From the human T2T-CHM13v2.0 reference genome, Homo sapiens, in NCBI RefSeq assembly GCF_009914755.1, contig NC_060943.1: a DNA stretch of 64,000 nt. One strand, given 5' to 3'. Each line of letters starts with the position of its first letter. Within the stretch, counting starts at the first letter, position 1. Below, piece after piece: positions 1 to 16,784 of this stretch. The position numbers and the translations under genes were made by a program. Below the pieces are notes generated by a model that saw nothing but the letters and a program-made list of their open reading frames with translations, made no database searches and was not told where the DNA came from.

Positions 1-110
1 ATGGGATTTCACCATCTTGGCCAGGCTGGTCTTGAACTCCTGACCTTGTGATCTACCCGCCTCGGCCTCCCAAAGTGCTGGGATTACAGGCGTGAGCCAC
101 TGCGCCCGGT
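1..110 (-). mobile_element. Alu (partial, cut by the window edge)
   Basis: cctcccaaagtgctgggattacaggcgtgagccac. Confidence 0.9.
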
Positions 111-1315
111 GTGATTATTTTTATGAAGGAAAAGACCAGAGTCCTTTAAGAGGGGACAGTGGGGGACTTGCAATAGATTGTGTGGGAGCTGTCAGGGGAG
201 ACTTTCCAAGATGATGACAGTGAAGTGAGGCCTGGAGGGAGAGTTAGAGCCAACCTCAGAGAAGGGAACACTGTTCTAGGCAGGAGGACCCAGGGTTGTG
301 GGAAGAGAGAAATAAAATGAGACCAAGACAGTGGGGAGAGCAGTGTGAGTTGAAGTCAGAGGGGTGACAGCAGCCAGAATGTGCCGGTAGCGAGGATCTT
401 GGATTTTATTCTAGCTGCAATGAGAGCTTTGATTCTACAAATATTTATTGCGTGCTAGTCACTGTTTTAGGTACTGGGTGTACAACAGTGAAAAAAGAAC
501 TTCCCAGCCGAGTGGAATGCCGTGGAGCATATCTGTTTCGATGCTGGGACAGATCCCTAACACAGCTCATTAAAGCAGATAGCACCATTCCGTCTCTTTC
601 TTCAGCTTCACTTTACGTCAGTCCCAGCATTTTTATCCCTACCCTTACAGATGAGAGAACTAAAGTTCAGAGAGGTGACGTGACTTGCCCCAGGCCCCTC
701 AGTCAGTAAAAGACAGAACTGAGAATCCAACCAGACTCTTCCCTTTTTAGGTTATTTCTCTAACATTAGGGCCGAGTATCGATTCTCTTTACCTCTGACT
801 TCGTGTCCCTGGTATTAAGACTCAGGGCCCACAGTGCCTCTTGGAATTCAGGCATATGGTGACATCAGTGTGCCTACCATTCAGGTCTTGGAGAATAGGG
901 TATGGCGAAAGGAGAGAACTCGTGATATCGCTGATTCAGTAGCCCAGAGTTGTACGAGTCCTTGGGTGTTTCACCTTCATCCAGGCATCTGAGATTGGAG
1001 ACAAGCATGTGGCTGAATGACGTATCTGGGGGAAGCTGTCTAAACAGCCGTGTGGAGTTGGAGAGTTGAATTAGCTCTGTGGCCAAACCTCTGGGCTCAG
1101 TCTGCCTATATATGGCTTGATCTCAAAGAACAGGTGATAGCAGTAGGAGTTGTTTTCTGTGTTGCTGGTGGGAGATGCCCAGGCACATTCCTTTGTAGAC
1201 AAGCACAAACTAGATATTTTTGAAATCGGAGGTCTGAAACCAGCCGAAGAATTAATCCTGGCCTGGAAAGCATATGGGAGAGTACAGCCAACCTGGCTTG
1301 GGTGTTGCTTTCTTG

Positions 1316-1562
1316 GTTTTGTTGCATTTTTGAGGCAGGGTCTTGCTCTGTCACCCAAGTGGGATCACAGTGGTACAATCATGGCTCATTGCAGCCTTAA
1401 CCTCCTGGGCTCAAGTGATTCTCCTGCCTTATTTTTTGATTTTTTTTGTAGAGGTGAGGTCTCACCATGTTGCCCAGGCTGGTCTTGAGCTCCTGGGCTC
1501 AAGTGATCCTCCACCTTGGTCTCCCAAAGTGTTAGGATTACAGGCGTGAGCCGCTGCCCCTG
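1316..1562 (-). mobile_element. AluJ-like, internally deleted
   Basis: Antisense Alu consensus match. Confidence 0.8.
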
Positions 1563-3780
1563 GTGACTTTGTTGCTTTTTAATAAGCCCAGAAATTTCTT
1601 TCAAGAGGGAGGATCTTTGTGAACATCTTGAGCCGCGTTCTTGATCGCTGGCTGTGGAAGCCTCCACCTATCAGGCTCAAGTCCATGTTGCTATCATGTG
1701 CACTTTGGCTGGTGAGGTGCTGAGCAGAGGTTTCAGCCTCTACCACAAGGTTTCCTGATGAAAGGTCAGCTGGGTGGGCCCAGCTTCTCCTTACCCAACT
1801 GAGAGGCCTCATAGAGCACAAGGCCTGGGTACGGAGGTTCCTGGGGCTCCTGCCATACCCAGCCAGGCCAAGCAGAGGGCCCCAGTGTGTTGTTGGGTGC
1901 TGAGAGGCTGCCCGCAGCTCTCGCCTGTGTTGGAAGGCTGTAGACTTGGCTTCTCCCAAACGTAAGCTGTGAAGCCATGGACTCAGATTCTCAGCCTGGC
2001 CCTGCTACTTACTGTGGGACCTTGGGCAAGGAAGTCTCCATTTTCTCTTTTACAAAATGGGGCCAATAATCTGACTACCACAGGGCTGTCAGGATGCAGC
2101 GGGATGGAGCCTTTATAGGGTCTTGTTCTGTGGGATCTGGAGTCCCATATGGGAGTTATTAGTTGAGGGACGAGGCATCTGGGAATCTTTATTCAACTAG
2201 GAAACTTCAGCCAAAGAACTAATGCCATAGAGATGTCTTATGGTGTCTGCATTTGAAGCCAGCGGTTCTTTGAAAATTTATCCTGAGTTCCAGAAAGCCA
2301 ACTGCTAGATAAGTAAGCATTGAGCATTTAAGGGGTCCTGGAAGTAAGATTCCTGGAAAGAAGCAGCAATCTCTTACTCATCCCCGATTATCTCAGACAC
2401 AGAGTGGTGGATGGAACCTTTGTGGTTTAGGGGCTGACTCTTGGTATTGCTGGATAAGGAATATGAGCCAGTAGAGACGAGTGTGTTGTATAGCAGTGTC
2501 CTGCGACTGGGCTGGAGACGTGGCTGAGGGAGGCCAGGGGGCCTCAGAGTGCACGGGAGGAGGCTTACAGAGGTCTTTTGCATCCTGCAGAACACCACAT
2601 GTGTCCTTCCCTCTGGGAAACCTCCCACCCGGGCAGGGCCTCTGGGGCCGGATGTGGAAGGTAAACAGGCTGCCTTTCTGCTCTCTACCACAGACAGGCC
2701 CGGAAAGGCCTGAGTAGGAGCTTTTCATCTCAGGAAGCCCTGAGGTCCCACGGCTTCTCCTGAAGCAGCCTCATTGTCCCTTTGTAAGAGCATGACCAGG
2801 TGCTCTAGCTCCTGGAGCACCAGTGGAGAACTAGAGTGGCCCAGGTGCTGATGCCAAGTTCGAGCAACAGCTCCTGGCGGGTTTCCCTGCATCCCCCCAC
2901 TCACTCCCATCTATTCTTCACATAGGGGCCAAAGAACATCCTGCTTGACATCTTGATCAGTGTCCCTTGCCCTCAGGATCAAACCTGCAAGTCCCCAAGG
3001 CCCTGCAGGATCTGTTTTCTCCTCTCTGTGCTCCGGGCGCATGCCAGCTGCCTCTCTGCTCCATGCTCATTCCTGCCTCCTGAGGGACTTCACACGGGGC
3101 CCTTGCCTCTGCCCCTTTCGCCTCAGCTCGCCACCTACCTCCTCCTCATTCCTCAGATGGCAGTTTATGCTTCACTATTTGTAGGGCCGTCGCACCTGAC
3201 ACCTCCAGCCTAGGTTAGGAGCATGTCCATCACCTCTACTTCTCCTTTTAACTCCAACCATCCTTGGCTCTCCCTCTCGAGGGTCACGAGAGCAGAGAGA
3301 GAATCTATTTTGTTCACCACTGTGTCCCTACCATGTGGGACATTGTCAAGGCAAATGTAAGTGTGCACTAAATAAATATGTATTGAATGAATAGATAGCC
3401 AAACAGAATGGATCTGCCACAACACAAACAGGATGCTTTTCAAGTGGGCAGAAGATGGAGACATCACTTGTCGAGACACTCAAACAAGTGGCTGGATGGA
3501 TGAGTGGCAGATCCATTCTGTCTTTCTGCTTGGCTTTAGGAGTAGAGGGATCACCCATGGTCCATCCTCTGAGGACAAGGGTATCATGACCGCCCAGGCC
3601 CCACTCACCCCTGCCAGGCTCATTGCATCCCATCTAAAAGCTGACCCTACACTAAGCTGTGTGCTCTGGAAGGTCATAAGAAGTCCTCACCTGGGACACT
3701 TCTAGGCCCAGTGTTCAGCCAGCTGTCCTGAGTTCTGCATCAGTCCCTGCTAGATATGAAACACAAACAGGATGCGATGC

Positions 3781-4073
3781 TTTTCTTTTTTTTCTTTTTC
3801 TTTTTTGAGACGGAGTCTCGCTGTGTTGCCCAGGCTGGAGTGCAGTGGGTGCAACCCCTACCTCCCGGGTTGAAGTGATTCTCCTGCCTCAGCCTCCCAA
3901 GTAGCTGGGATTACAGGTGCACACCACCATACCCGGCTAATTTTTGTATTTTTGGTAGAGACAATGTTTCACCATGTTGGCCAGGCTGGTCTCAAACTCC
4001 TGGCCTCAAGTCATCTGCCTGTCTCAGCCTCCCAAAGTGCTGGGATTACAGGTGTGAGCCACCGCGCCTGGCC
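3781..4073 (-). mobile_element. AluS
   Basis: Antisense Alu with TSD AAACAGGATGC. Confidence 0.9.
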
Positions 4074-5609
4074 AAACAGGATGCTTTGCAAGTAGGCAGA
4101 AGAGGGAGACATCACTGTCCCATGGAGAGGTGGGAAAATCATCGTTAGCACAGGATAATTCATCCTATTTTGTGCTCATGTTTACTGAGCTAGGATTGAC
4201 CTGTGTCCGGGCAGCAGGGACACAGAGGTGAGTAAGACAAAGAGAAGGCCCTTGCCCTTAAAAATGATACGTGTGGCTAAAACGCTGTAGACCTTTTTGT
4301 TTTTTCCTTTTTGAGACTTCCTTTTTATACAGAAATTGCTACCTGCAGGTAAAATTAACTTACATCGTGAAAGCGACAGTAAAGTGTTTCTAGGGATAGC
4401 TAAAGACCTAAGAACACAGCCCTGTGGTTTGACTGGCTGGCCACCTTCCTGCAGCTGGGTTTACTATGGTGCTGTGTTCTGGGACAGCCCACTCGTCTCC
4501 ATTTATTGGGCTGAGCCTCGAGACCTGCAATACCAGGGAAGGAAGGGAAGTCTAGGCTGTCTTTGGTGGCCATTGTTATTTATGGGGCATCGGCAGAGAA
4601 GTCAGTACCATGGAAAATCTAGAGAAAGATAGAGGATACGCAGTGTGGTTGAGCAGAATCTGATAGCTCCCTGGCTCTCTCCGGGCCATGGGACCCAGGG
4701 CGACACAGCCACCCTTTTTCTCTCTGCTGTCTGGCTTGGGCTTGGGCTTTGTCTCCTGTGTCCCTCCACACCTTCTTCGCTGTCAGTGGTGACCAATCCC
4801 GTGGAATCAGCCACTGTGTGTTACCCCAAGTCCTTGCCCCTGGGACCTCGCTCTGTTCGGAGACAAAACCCGGGACTGTTTCTCCTTTTAAATGCAACCT
4901 TGTTCCACAGGAGAGGAGAAAAGCAAGAAAGAGGTGGCTTGTTTATCTGATGGTAGTGGGGTGTGCTCTGATATGCCTTTGAAAGGGGCCCAGCTTTGCT
5001 TTGCCCAGCGGCCTTTGCAGGATAATGAGAGAAGGAAAACACAGGGAACTTAGTGGGAATTTGAAACTGGAGTGTGGGAGTGGGAAAGTTCAGCTTTTAC
5101 CTTGGAGCAATCCAGTCTTTCTCCTGTAGGAAAACAGAATGGTGCTGTATGGCCTCCAAGCTGGGTTACATCCTGGGAAAAAGACACGTGCTTGGCTATT
5201 GGCCTGGGCGCAGTTTATGTGTAAGCCTTTCCTTGTGGATTCCATTTTCTTATTTCCCGAATACTTCTCAGCCCCACAAGTCCACTGAGTCTTCTGTCTC
5301 CAGAGACTGCCTGGTTTCCATCCCCGAGGGCATCTGCGCATCACTTACCATGGTGTACCATGCACCTCCAGTGTGCCCGGCACTGTGTCAGGAGCTGGGG
5401 ATACAGGTGCTGGTCCCCACCTCACTCCCCTCAACCTCTGCAATATATGATACATAACCCACACACACAGACCATATGCAAAAGTGGTGGGACTCCTTTG
5501 TACCTGTCACCTGCATCAGTGATTATCAGCATTTTGCCAGACTTGTTTCATCAGTGTCTCCCAACACACTCCCCCCAGACATTACCCATACGTGCTCAAA
5601 TAGATTTGG

Positions 5610-5655
<46 letters not shown>
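5610..5655. repeat. (TG)n microsatellite of about 23 units, abutting a deleted antisense AluJ (5657-5850)
   Basis: Read directly from the sequence. Confidence 0.95.
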
Positions 5656-5657
<2 letters not shown>

Positions 5658-6267
5658 TTTTTTAGAGACAGGGTCTCGCCCTGTCACCCAGGCTGGAGTA
5701 CAGTGGTGAGATCATAGCTCACTGCGGCCTCTGAACTCCTGGGCTTGCTTTGTTGCCCAGGCTGGTCTCAGAACTCCTGGCCTCAAGCGATTCTGCCACC
5801 TTAGCCTCCCAAAATGCTGGGATTACAAGTGTGAGCCACCGCACCCGGCCAATGTATGTATTTTTAAACATAACCACATACTGTTATGTTTAATGCTTCT
5901 GACCATGTCTTAAGAAAAAAACAAAAACTCCCTTTGGCTTCCTTGACATCACAGTCTCTCTGTTTCTCTGACTCTTCTTCCTCATCTCCTATGGCTAAAT
6001 TCTCTCCCTCTGTCCACTGCTTACACATGGGCATTTCACAATGTCCTTTTTCCCTGAAGGAACTTACCCCCTCCCCTCAGCCTTAAGTACCCCATCTGTG
6101 GGGATGATGCCCATGCCTGTAGTCCTGACTCACTCACCACGCTCTATCGCAGTTATTTACTGATGCATCTCTCTCCCCTATCAGACGCTGAGGTCTTTGA
6201 TGGAGCAACCTTGTATTTGTCCGTGTATCCCCAGCACCACACCTGTCCATAGCTGGAGCTCAGGAAG

Positions 6268-6523
6268 TTTGTTTTTTTTTTTTTTTAAAGTCAGAGTCTC
6301 ACTCAGTCACCCAGGCTAGAGTGCAGTGGCACAATCTTGGCTCACTGCAACCTCCACCTCCTGGGTTCAAGCAAGCACGTCTGGGTAATTTTTGTATTTT
6401 TAGTAGAGATGGGGTTTCACCATTTGGCCAGGCTGGTCTCGAAGTCCTGACTGCAAGTGATCTGGCCGCCTTTGGCTCCCAGATTGCTGGGATTACAGAC
6501 AGGCATGAGCCACTGCGCCCGGC
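6268..6523 (-). mobile_element. AluS, internally deleted
   Basis: Antisense Alu consensus match. Confidence 0.85.
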
Positions 6524-6884
6524 CTCAGGAAGTAGTTGAATGAGTGACTGAATGAATGCCCACGTGAGCAAATGACCTGTTTGCTGAACTTTAGACTGAC
6601 GTTGCCTGATGCCCACTGCTTGTGCAGTACGTACTTCAGTCTCAGCGTGTCTGAGACCAAACTCATTTTCAAGTCCCACTTCTTGGGCTTGGCATTGCCC
6701 ATTTGTCAGCCATCCGAGTCAGAAACCTTGGAGTCAGCTTTTGACTTCTCATCCTGTAACAGGCACCAAGTTTGATTTCTTTCCCTTGAATATCTCTTAG
6801 AACCCTCACCTTCCTCCTTCTCTTTATTCCTACCATTGTCCTTACTCAGGACCATATAGTGAGGGTTTAAAAGTGCAGAGTCTT

Positions 6885-7321
<437 letters not shown>

Positions 7322-7868
7322 TCATCTGTGCCCATGTCTCCCTCAGCAGCCTCCTGACTGGCCTTCTCCAGTCTCCTGGTTTGGATTGAGGCTCCCTAGA
7401 CCCTACCTTTCTGAGACTGGTATCTAGTCAGGTTACTCTGGGACATCTCCACCCCCCACTGCCCAGAGAGCAGGTTCTGAGCTCTTCAGTCTCTCCACCT
7501 TCTGGCCCCGGCTGACACCATCCCTGCCACTTCTCCTGGGGTCCCCAAACATCTGTGGTACTTTTGTCTTTCTTGCCCTTGGTGTTCCCACTCTGCAGAA
7601 CAACCTTCTCTCCAGGTCACCACTGATCGCAATCGCGCTCTCCTTTCAAGGCCCAGATCAGGTGTCACCTGACCTTTGCTGTCCTCAGATCACACCTCCC
7701 TGTAGCGACTGGCTCGCCAGTGTCCCTCTCTGACCGAGCTGTGCACTCCTCCAGGGCAGCACTGTCAGGGTCTCCCCCAGACCCTTGGTTGTGATTCTCT
7801 CTCCTTGTCCTGAATCTCAGTTTTCCTGATACATGGGATGCTACCTGAAGGCAGGTTTCAACTTTCAA

Positions 7869-8525
7869 TCTTTTTTTTTGTTTTTTGGGTGAGATGGAGT
7901 CTTGCTCTGTTGGTCAGGCTGGAGTGCAGTAGCGCCATCTCGGCTTACTGCAGCCTCCGCCTCCTGGGTTCAAGGGATTCTCGTGCTTCAGCCTCCTGAG
8001 TAGCTGGGACCACAGGGGCCTACCACCACACCTGGCTAATTTTTGTATTTTTAGTAGAGACGGGGTTTTGCCATGTTGACCAGGCTGGTATCAAGCTCCT
8101 GGCCTCAAGTGATCCACCCACCTCAGCCTCCCAAAGTGTTGGGATTACAGGCGTGAGCCACCGCTCCTGGCCTGGAGGATTTCAGATTTAAAGCAAAGAG
8201 GATATTTTCCAACAAAGCAACTGCTTTTCTTTTTTCTTTTTAAATTTTGTTTATTTATTTTTAATAAAGATGGGATCTTGCATCTTGCCCAGGCTGGTCT
8301 CAAACTTCTGGCCTCAAGTGATCTGCCTGCCTCAGCCTCCCGAAGTGCTGGGATTACGGGTGTGAGCTACCATGCCCTGTCTCTTTTTTTGTTTGTTTTT
8401 TTTCCAAATTGAAACAGGGTCTCACTATGTTGCCCAGGCTGGATTGAACTCCTGGCCTCAAGCAGTCCTCTCGCCTTGGCCTCCCAAAGTGTTGAGATTA
8501 GAGGTGTGAGCCACCATACCTGGCC
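7869..8525 (-). mobile_element. AluS (7869-8172) plus two antisense Alu left-arm monomers (FLAM-like)
   Basis: Antisense Alu consensus matches. Confidence 0.8.
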
Positions 8526-9629
8526 CTGTAGAGGGGAGGCATTGATGAAGGTCAAGAAGTCCTGTTAGCTCTGCCTTCAGAATCTACCCCAGGTCCTTTT
8601 AGTTCTCTCCAGCCTCACTGCTGGAACCCTCACCCAAGCCACCACCTTGCAGTCCACACACGGCCACTGGGATTGGGGCGGCGTTCTCCGCGCGAAATCT
8701 GGCTGTGCTCCTCCCCCATGAGGCCCTCCAAAGGCTTCCTCTTCTTAGGATGAAACCCACACTGCCAGCCGAAGCTCCTCAGGCTCCCACCCTCTACAAG
8801 CTCCTTCTGCTCCAGCCACACTCACCAGGCCCGAGTTCCCACCTAGCACCTTCCCTGGGAATGATCTCCCCCTGGTTGGCTCTTTCTCCTTATTCAGCCT
8901 CAAATGTCATCTCCACTGAGAGGCCTTTCCTGACCTGCTGAGCTTGATTCCCTCCCCTCCCCAGTCACATTACTCCGTGTTATGGTACCCATCCCTGTCT
9001 CCTTAGCTTGTTTTTGTCTGTATTGGCTCTTCCACTAGACTGTAAGTTGCATGAGGGCAGGGATGTCTGTTTAATCCCAGTGCTCAGGATAGTGTATGGC
9101 TCGTGATAGATGCCTAGTACATTTTAAAATGAGAACGAATGAAGTTTGGGAGAGGCTCAGAGCAGTGAGTCTCCCCCTTGTTGGGGGACTGGGGAGTGCC
9201 TGGGAGGGGCTATCTGGTGCCAGCGGTTTGGAGTGGCTGGGATGACTCTGGAATCCTGTGAGGCCCAGTCAGTTTCTTTGGTTCTCATGCAGTGCAGTGC
9301 CCTCAGACCTAACCATTTTGTTCCGTGCTGGCTTGAAAGGGTCTGCCTCCCTCCCAGTGCAGCCCCTGCCTCTCCTCTTTCTCGCCCCCCGCCCTCCTCC
9401 AGAGAAAGCAGGTGGTGAGGGCTCTCTAACCCAGACAGGACTTGCTGTTCAGCCCCAGCTTGAAATTGATTTCCTCCAGCCCTCCTTGAGCCAGGCCCCG
9501 TGAACAGAGGAGGGGTCTGAGCCAGGCCTCCTAGGCCATTGGTGGGAGGGAGAATGAGACAGCCATTTGGCCCACAGGCCACCAACTTTTCCCCCCCTTC
9601 TCTAAAAGACACACAATGGCAGTTGGGCT

Positions 9630-10725
9630 GCACCTTTGTGAGTCACCGGTGATAGCCCATCATAAATTGTTATTTCCTATATTTCCAGAGCAGCTTTATC
9701 GGGCGTTGCCTGTGCAGTCCGGGAACCGATTTGATATGGGGTCAGTTAACATGCTGTCTTGTTGAAATCTGTCATCATGCCCATATAAGGCAAACTCCTT
9801 GGGTTACTTTTTACCTTGGCAGAATCACAGGAATGTCAAGGTAACCAGGCCACCTCAGCATAGCTCTGATTCTCACCCGGTCACCTGACTTGCCCGCCCT
9901 CCCCCATGACTCACCCAGTGGCTCAGCATGGGGCCTGCTGCACTGTGGCTGCTGGAATCTGCCAAGGACCTCCTGGGACTGCCCTTGGTTTTGTGTCTTC
10001 CTTAGAGTAGATCAAATGAGAGGAACCATGTGAAGTAGCTCACACAGGGCCTAACAGAGCAAACACAAGACGTGGAAAGCAGACTTGGTGAGGCTTGAGT
10101 TTAGTTTGGGGGTTGCGGGGGTCCCAGCTCTGCTGCTTAACAGCCCTGTGGCCATGGGTATATCCCCCAGCATTCAGAGCCTTATCTGTAAAATTAGAGC
10201 ACGCAGAACAAACCCTGGTACACACTAAGTGCTCAATAAATGTGAGTCATTTGTGTAATTATAGTAGGGTAGGCCTTATGCCCCACCCAGTCATAAAAAT
10301 GCCTCTTGCTGTTGTTGGTTCAGGCTCAGCCCCTTAGTGGCTTTCATGGGGCAGGTTGACATGGTACCCAGAGTCCTCCTCGGTCCTCTTCCCATGGTGT
10401 AGTGAGAGCACTCAGGACCACCTAGGCCTTTCCTAGAAAACTGAACCCACACCTTCCCAGTGCTGCCCCACCCTGGTCCCCCACCCCCTGCAGGACAAAC
10501 CACTCCTCCCTTGTTTTGGGGCCAGGAGTCAGATCTGCCCCTGAGAGCAGCAGGGGCCCCTTTGTCCTTTGACGTCATACCCACACCGCTCCTGGAGACA
10601 GCCACCCCTTCATGCCAGCCCCAGGAAGGCTTGTAGGTGGGGCGAGCCAGGGTGAGAGTGTAGCCCTGTTCCTCGGCCAGGGCAGATGTTTCACCATTTT
10701 TAATGGAGCAATTATGAGTCAGAGG
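9630..10725. promoter_or_regulatory. Candidate intronic enhancer (AP-1, SRF, TEAD and CRE motif cluster)
   Basis: TGAGTCA at 9639, 10243 and 10715; TGACTCA at 9907; CArG CCATATAAGG at 9781; MCAT AGGAATG at 9829; CRE TGACGTCA at 10570. Confidence 0.55.
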
Positions 10726-10967
10726 TTTCAGTCTCTACTGGTTCCTCCCGATCCTATAATTACTCTTTGGCTATAGAATCCTATTTTGATCTCTTCTTTT
10801 CTTTTCTCTTCTTTCTCTCTCTGTGGTCATGGTCAGGTTTTTCTTTTTTTAAATCCTCCCAAGACACTGCTAATGTTGTCTGTCTCATGCATCCAAGGAA
10901 TCTGAGATGGACTGAATATTGTCAAGGGAAAAAAAAAGAGACCCCCAAATCCAGAGTGATTTCTTAA

Positions 10968-11285
<318 letters not shown>

Positions 11286-12817
11286 AACCCACCCAAATTG
11301 TGTACCCTACACCATCCTAGTGCTTGGGAGCCAACACCCACTCACAGGAGGCTAAGGGCAAGTTTAGGTAACTCTTAACACCACGAATTAGTTGCCTGCT
11401 GGCAAACTTCAAACTCCAAGCCTGAAATTTCTGGTTGGAGTCACCTCCCAGATGGACTCAGGGATTCATTCACCCCCTCATCCAGTGCTCACGGAGCCTC
11501 TGTGAGGTGCAGGCCTGGAGAGGAGCCCTGTGGCCTCAGCAAAGGGCAGGCAGGCTGGTGAGCACCCAACCTCTGGATCGAGGGGACTCAATTATGCGGA
11601 TAAAGGCCCCTAATCCTCTCAGTGCTCCAAACTCACTCTGCTTCTGAAAGGGATCTTCGTACCCTGGGTTCAGAGAGTAGGAAGCCCGCAGGGACCGAGT
11701 ATGCATGAAACAAGCCCAAGTCTGTGGGGGCTGTACATGGTCAAGATCACAGATTTCCAGACCAAGCCAGCTCCACCCTAGCTGGGATGCCCACCCTGAG
11801 ACACCCCTCTCTGCTTTCACTGGAATAGGATGGCCCTGACTTGGCCGGGTGGACTGTTGAATCAGAGCCTCTCAAAACAGGAAAAAGGAAAAGGATCACC
11901 AAGCAGGAGTTTCAGTTGTCAAAGACAAAACCCTTACCACGATTAAAGATTACTCCAGGGCCTCGCATATTCACCCTTCCACCAGCAGGGCCCAGTTTAC
12001 GGATCATTTGAATACTAGCAAAAAAACAAGCCATCTGCTGGAGAGATTGAACAGAGGGAGAAACAGGAGTGTTTGCCCTGCTTCCAGACACCCCTTTCCT
12101 GTGGCAGTTCCTGCACCTGGCAAGATCTACTGGGGAATTCCCGGGGTCCCACTAGCTCAGGACGGGTGTGTAGCACTTGCCTAAATAACAATCCCATCAG
12201 TGCCCTGTCTGACCTTTTCTCCCCAAATGCCAAAGGCCTCTTGTCTGGATGAACAAATCCCTGGGCGGATTTGTCCAGACTAAAACGTTAATTCTAAAGA
12301 CTGGGCCCCTTAGGCACTCGCTAAGATTCCAGGCCACACTGTCTCAAGGCCAGAATTGGCTTACTTGGCTATCTTTTTGAAAGATCAAAGTTTAAACCAG
12401 ATGATCTGTAGTCCCCCACCCCCACCCTGAAACCTGAGCTTAGCTGTAAGCATTGAAAGTAAATGGGGTGTTTGTAGCTCACCCTCCCTGTTCTCCAGGT
12501 GAAGGGCCCCGTGTGCCTGATCATTTCATAGCAAAATGCTAGATGGGGCCAGAGGAGGCCCCAGCCTCTGCTGCTGCCCTAATTTTAAAACTGCCTTTTG
12601 GGAGTGTAAGTTTCCTCTGTTAAAGGTAGTTATTTCAAGGTAGGCCTCACCATCTCCTCCTCCTGGTGAGAAGCTCTGCCTGGAGGGCTGAGCACTGCCT
12701 CCCGCTCTGTGGGCCCCACCTGCCTTGGGTTGAGACCTATCTCTTCCTGGACTCTGTGTGGGGAGTGCAGGCTCTTCCCCTTGGGGAGAACCCAGTTCTT
12801 TGACGTATAATCTGAGT

Positions 12818-12852
12818 GGTTTGGGTTGGTTGGTTGGTTGGTTGGTTGGTTT
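12818..12852. repeat. (GGTT)n tetranucleotide repeat
   Basis: gggttggttggttggttggttggttggttt. Confidence 0.9.
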
Positions 12853-12886
12853 CCCATGTGTGGGATGGCTCCGGAAGTCTGTTTGA

Positions 12887-13315
<429 letters not shown>

Positions 13316-14167
13316 CCTCTGGTTCTACTGAGACCTCAGATCTTTCATTTATGGAACAAGGGGGTTGGATTAGATTGTTCGCTCTCAGCCCTCACTTCAT
13401 GTTAGACTCACTAGGTGGACTTTGTCAAATGTCATTGCCCAGGGCCCACCTTGAGGGAATCTGTCTCATTTTGCCTGTGGTGAAATTCAGGTATTTTTAA
13501 AAAGCTCCCAGGTCCCATACATCTATTGTCAATTGATTTTCAACAAGGGTGCAGGACCATTCAATGGGGGAAAGAATAGTGTTTTCAACAAATAGTGCAG
13601 GAACAACTATTAATAGATACCCATCTGCAAAGAATGAAGTTGAACCTTTACCTCACACCATATACAAAAATTAACTCCAAACGGATCAGATACCTAAATG
13701 TAAGAGCTAAAACTGTAAAACTCTTAGAAGAAAACACAAGTGTAAATCTCATGACCTTGGGTTAGGCAATGGTTATTAGATATGACAGCAGAAACACAAC
13801 CGAAGAAAAATAGATAAATCAGACTGTTTCAAAACTGGAAACTTTTTGCTTCAAAGGACACTATTAAAGTAAAAGGACAACCCGCAGAATATTTACAAAT
13901 TGTATATCTGATAAGGGTCTACTGTCCAAAATGTATAAAGGACTCTTAAATTCAACAGTAAAAAGACACACCAGTTAAAAATGGGCAAAGGATTCAAATA
14001 GACACTTCTCCAAAGAAGATCTACAAATGGTCAATAAGCACATGAAAAGGTGTTCGATGTCATTACTAATTAGGGCAAATCAAAACCATAACCACTACAA
14101 ATGGTCAATAAGCACATGAAAAGGTGTTCAATGTCATTACTAATTAGGGCAAATCAAAACCATAACG

Positions 14168-14790
<623 letters not shown>

Positions 14791-15530
14791 AAAACCACAA
14801 TGAGATACCACTGCACACCCACCATGATGGCTATAATCAGAAAGTCAGATAATAAGTATTGACTAGGATGGGAGAAATCAGAACCCTCACATTGCTGGTC
14901 AAAGTGTAATGTGGTGCAGCTTCTTGGGAAAACAGTCTGGCAGTTCCTCAAAATTTAAACATGTTTTGTATTTTTAGTAGAGACGGGGTTTCACCATGTC
15001 ACCCAGGCTGGTCTTGTCTCAGCCTCCCAAAGTGTTGGAATTACAGGCATGAGCCACCACGCCCAGCCAAGTTCCTCAAATTTTTAAATATAAGAGGTAT
15101 CATATGACTCAGCAATTTTACTCCTAGGTATATGCCCAAGGCAGTTGAAAACATGTCCACATAAAACTTGTACATGAATATTCACGGTGGTGCTAATATC
15201 CAAAAGATAGAAGCAACACAAATAATGCCCATCAGCCAATGAATTGATAAATAAAATGTGGTATATCCATACAATGGAATGTTATTCAGACAGGAACGAA
15301 GTACTGGTACATGCTACAACATGGCTGAACCTTGAAAACGTGCTAAGGAGAAGCCAAACTCAAAGATCATATACCATATGGTTCCACTTATATGAAATGC
15401 CCAGAATAGGTAAATTGCAAGAGACGAAAGAAAGGTAGGTTAGTGGTTGCCAGGGGCTGGGGGCTGGGTAGGAGGGAAGTGGGGTTGGAGAGTAACTGTA
15501 CCAGTTTTGCGGTGGTAGACATGTTCCTTG

Positions 15531-16784
<1,254 letters not shown>

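Noticed and set aside
15244-15438. ORF resembling the L1 ORF2 C-terminus (KMWYIHTMEC)
   Set aside because: It is a decayed fragment of the old L1M and not a functional gene.
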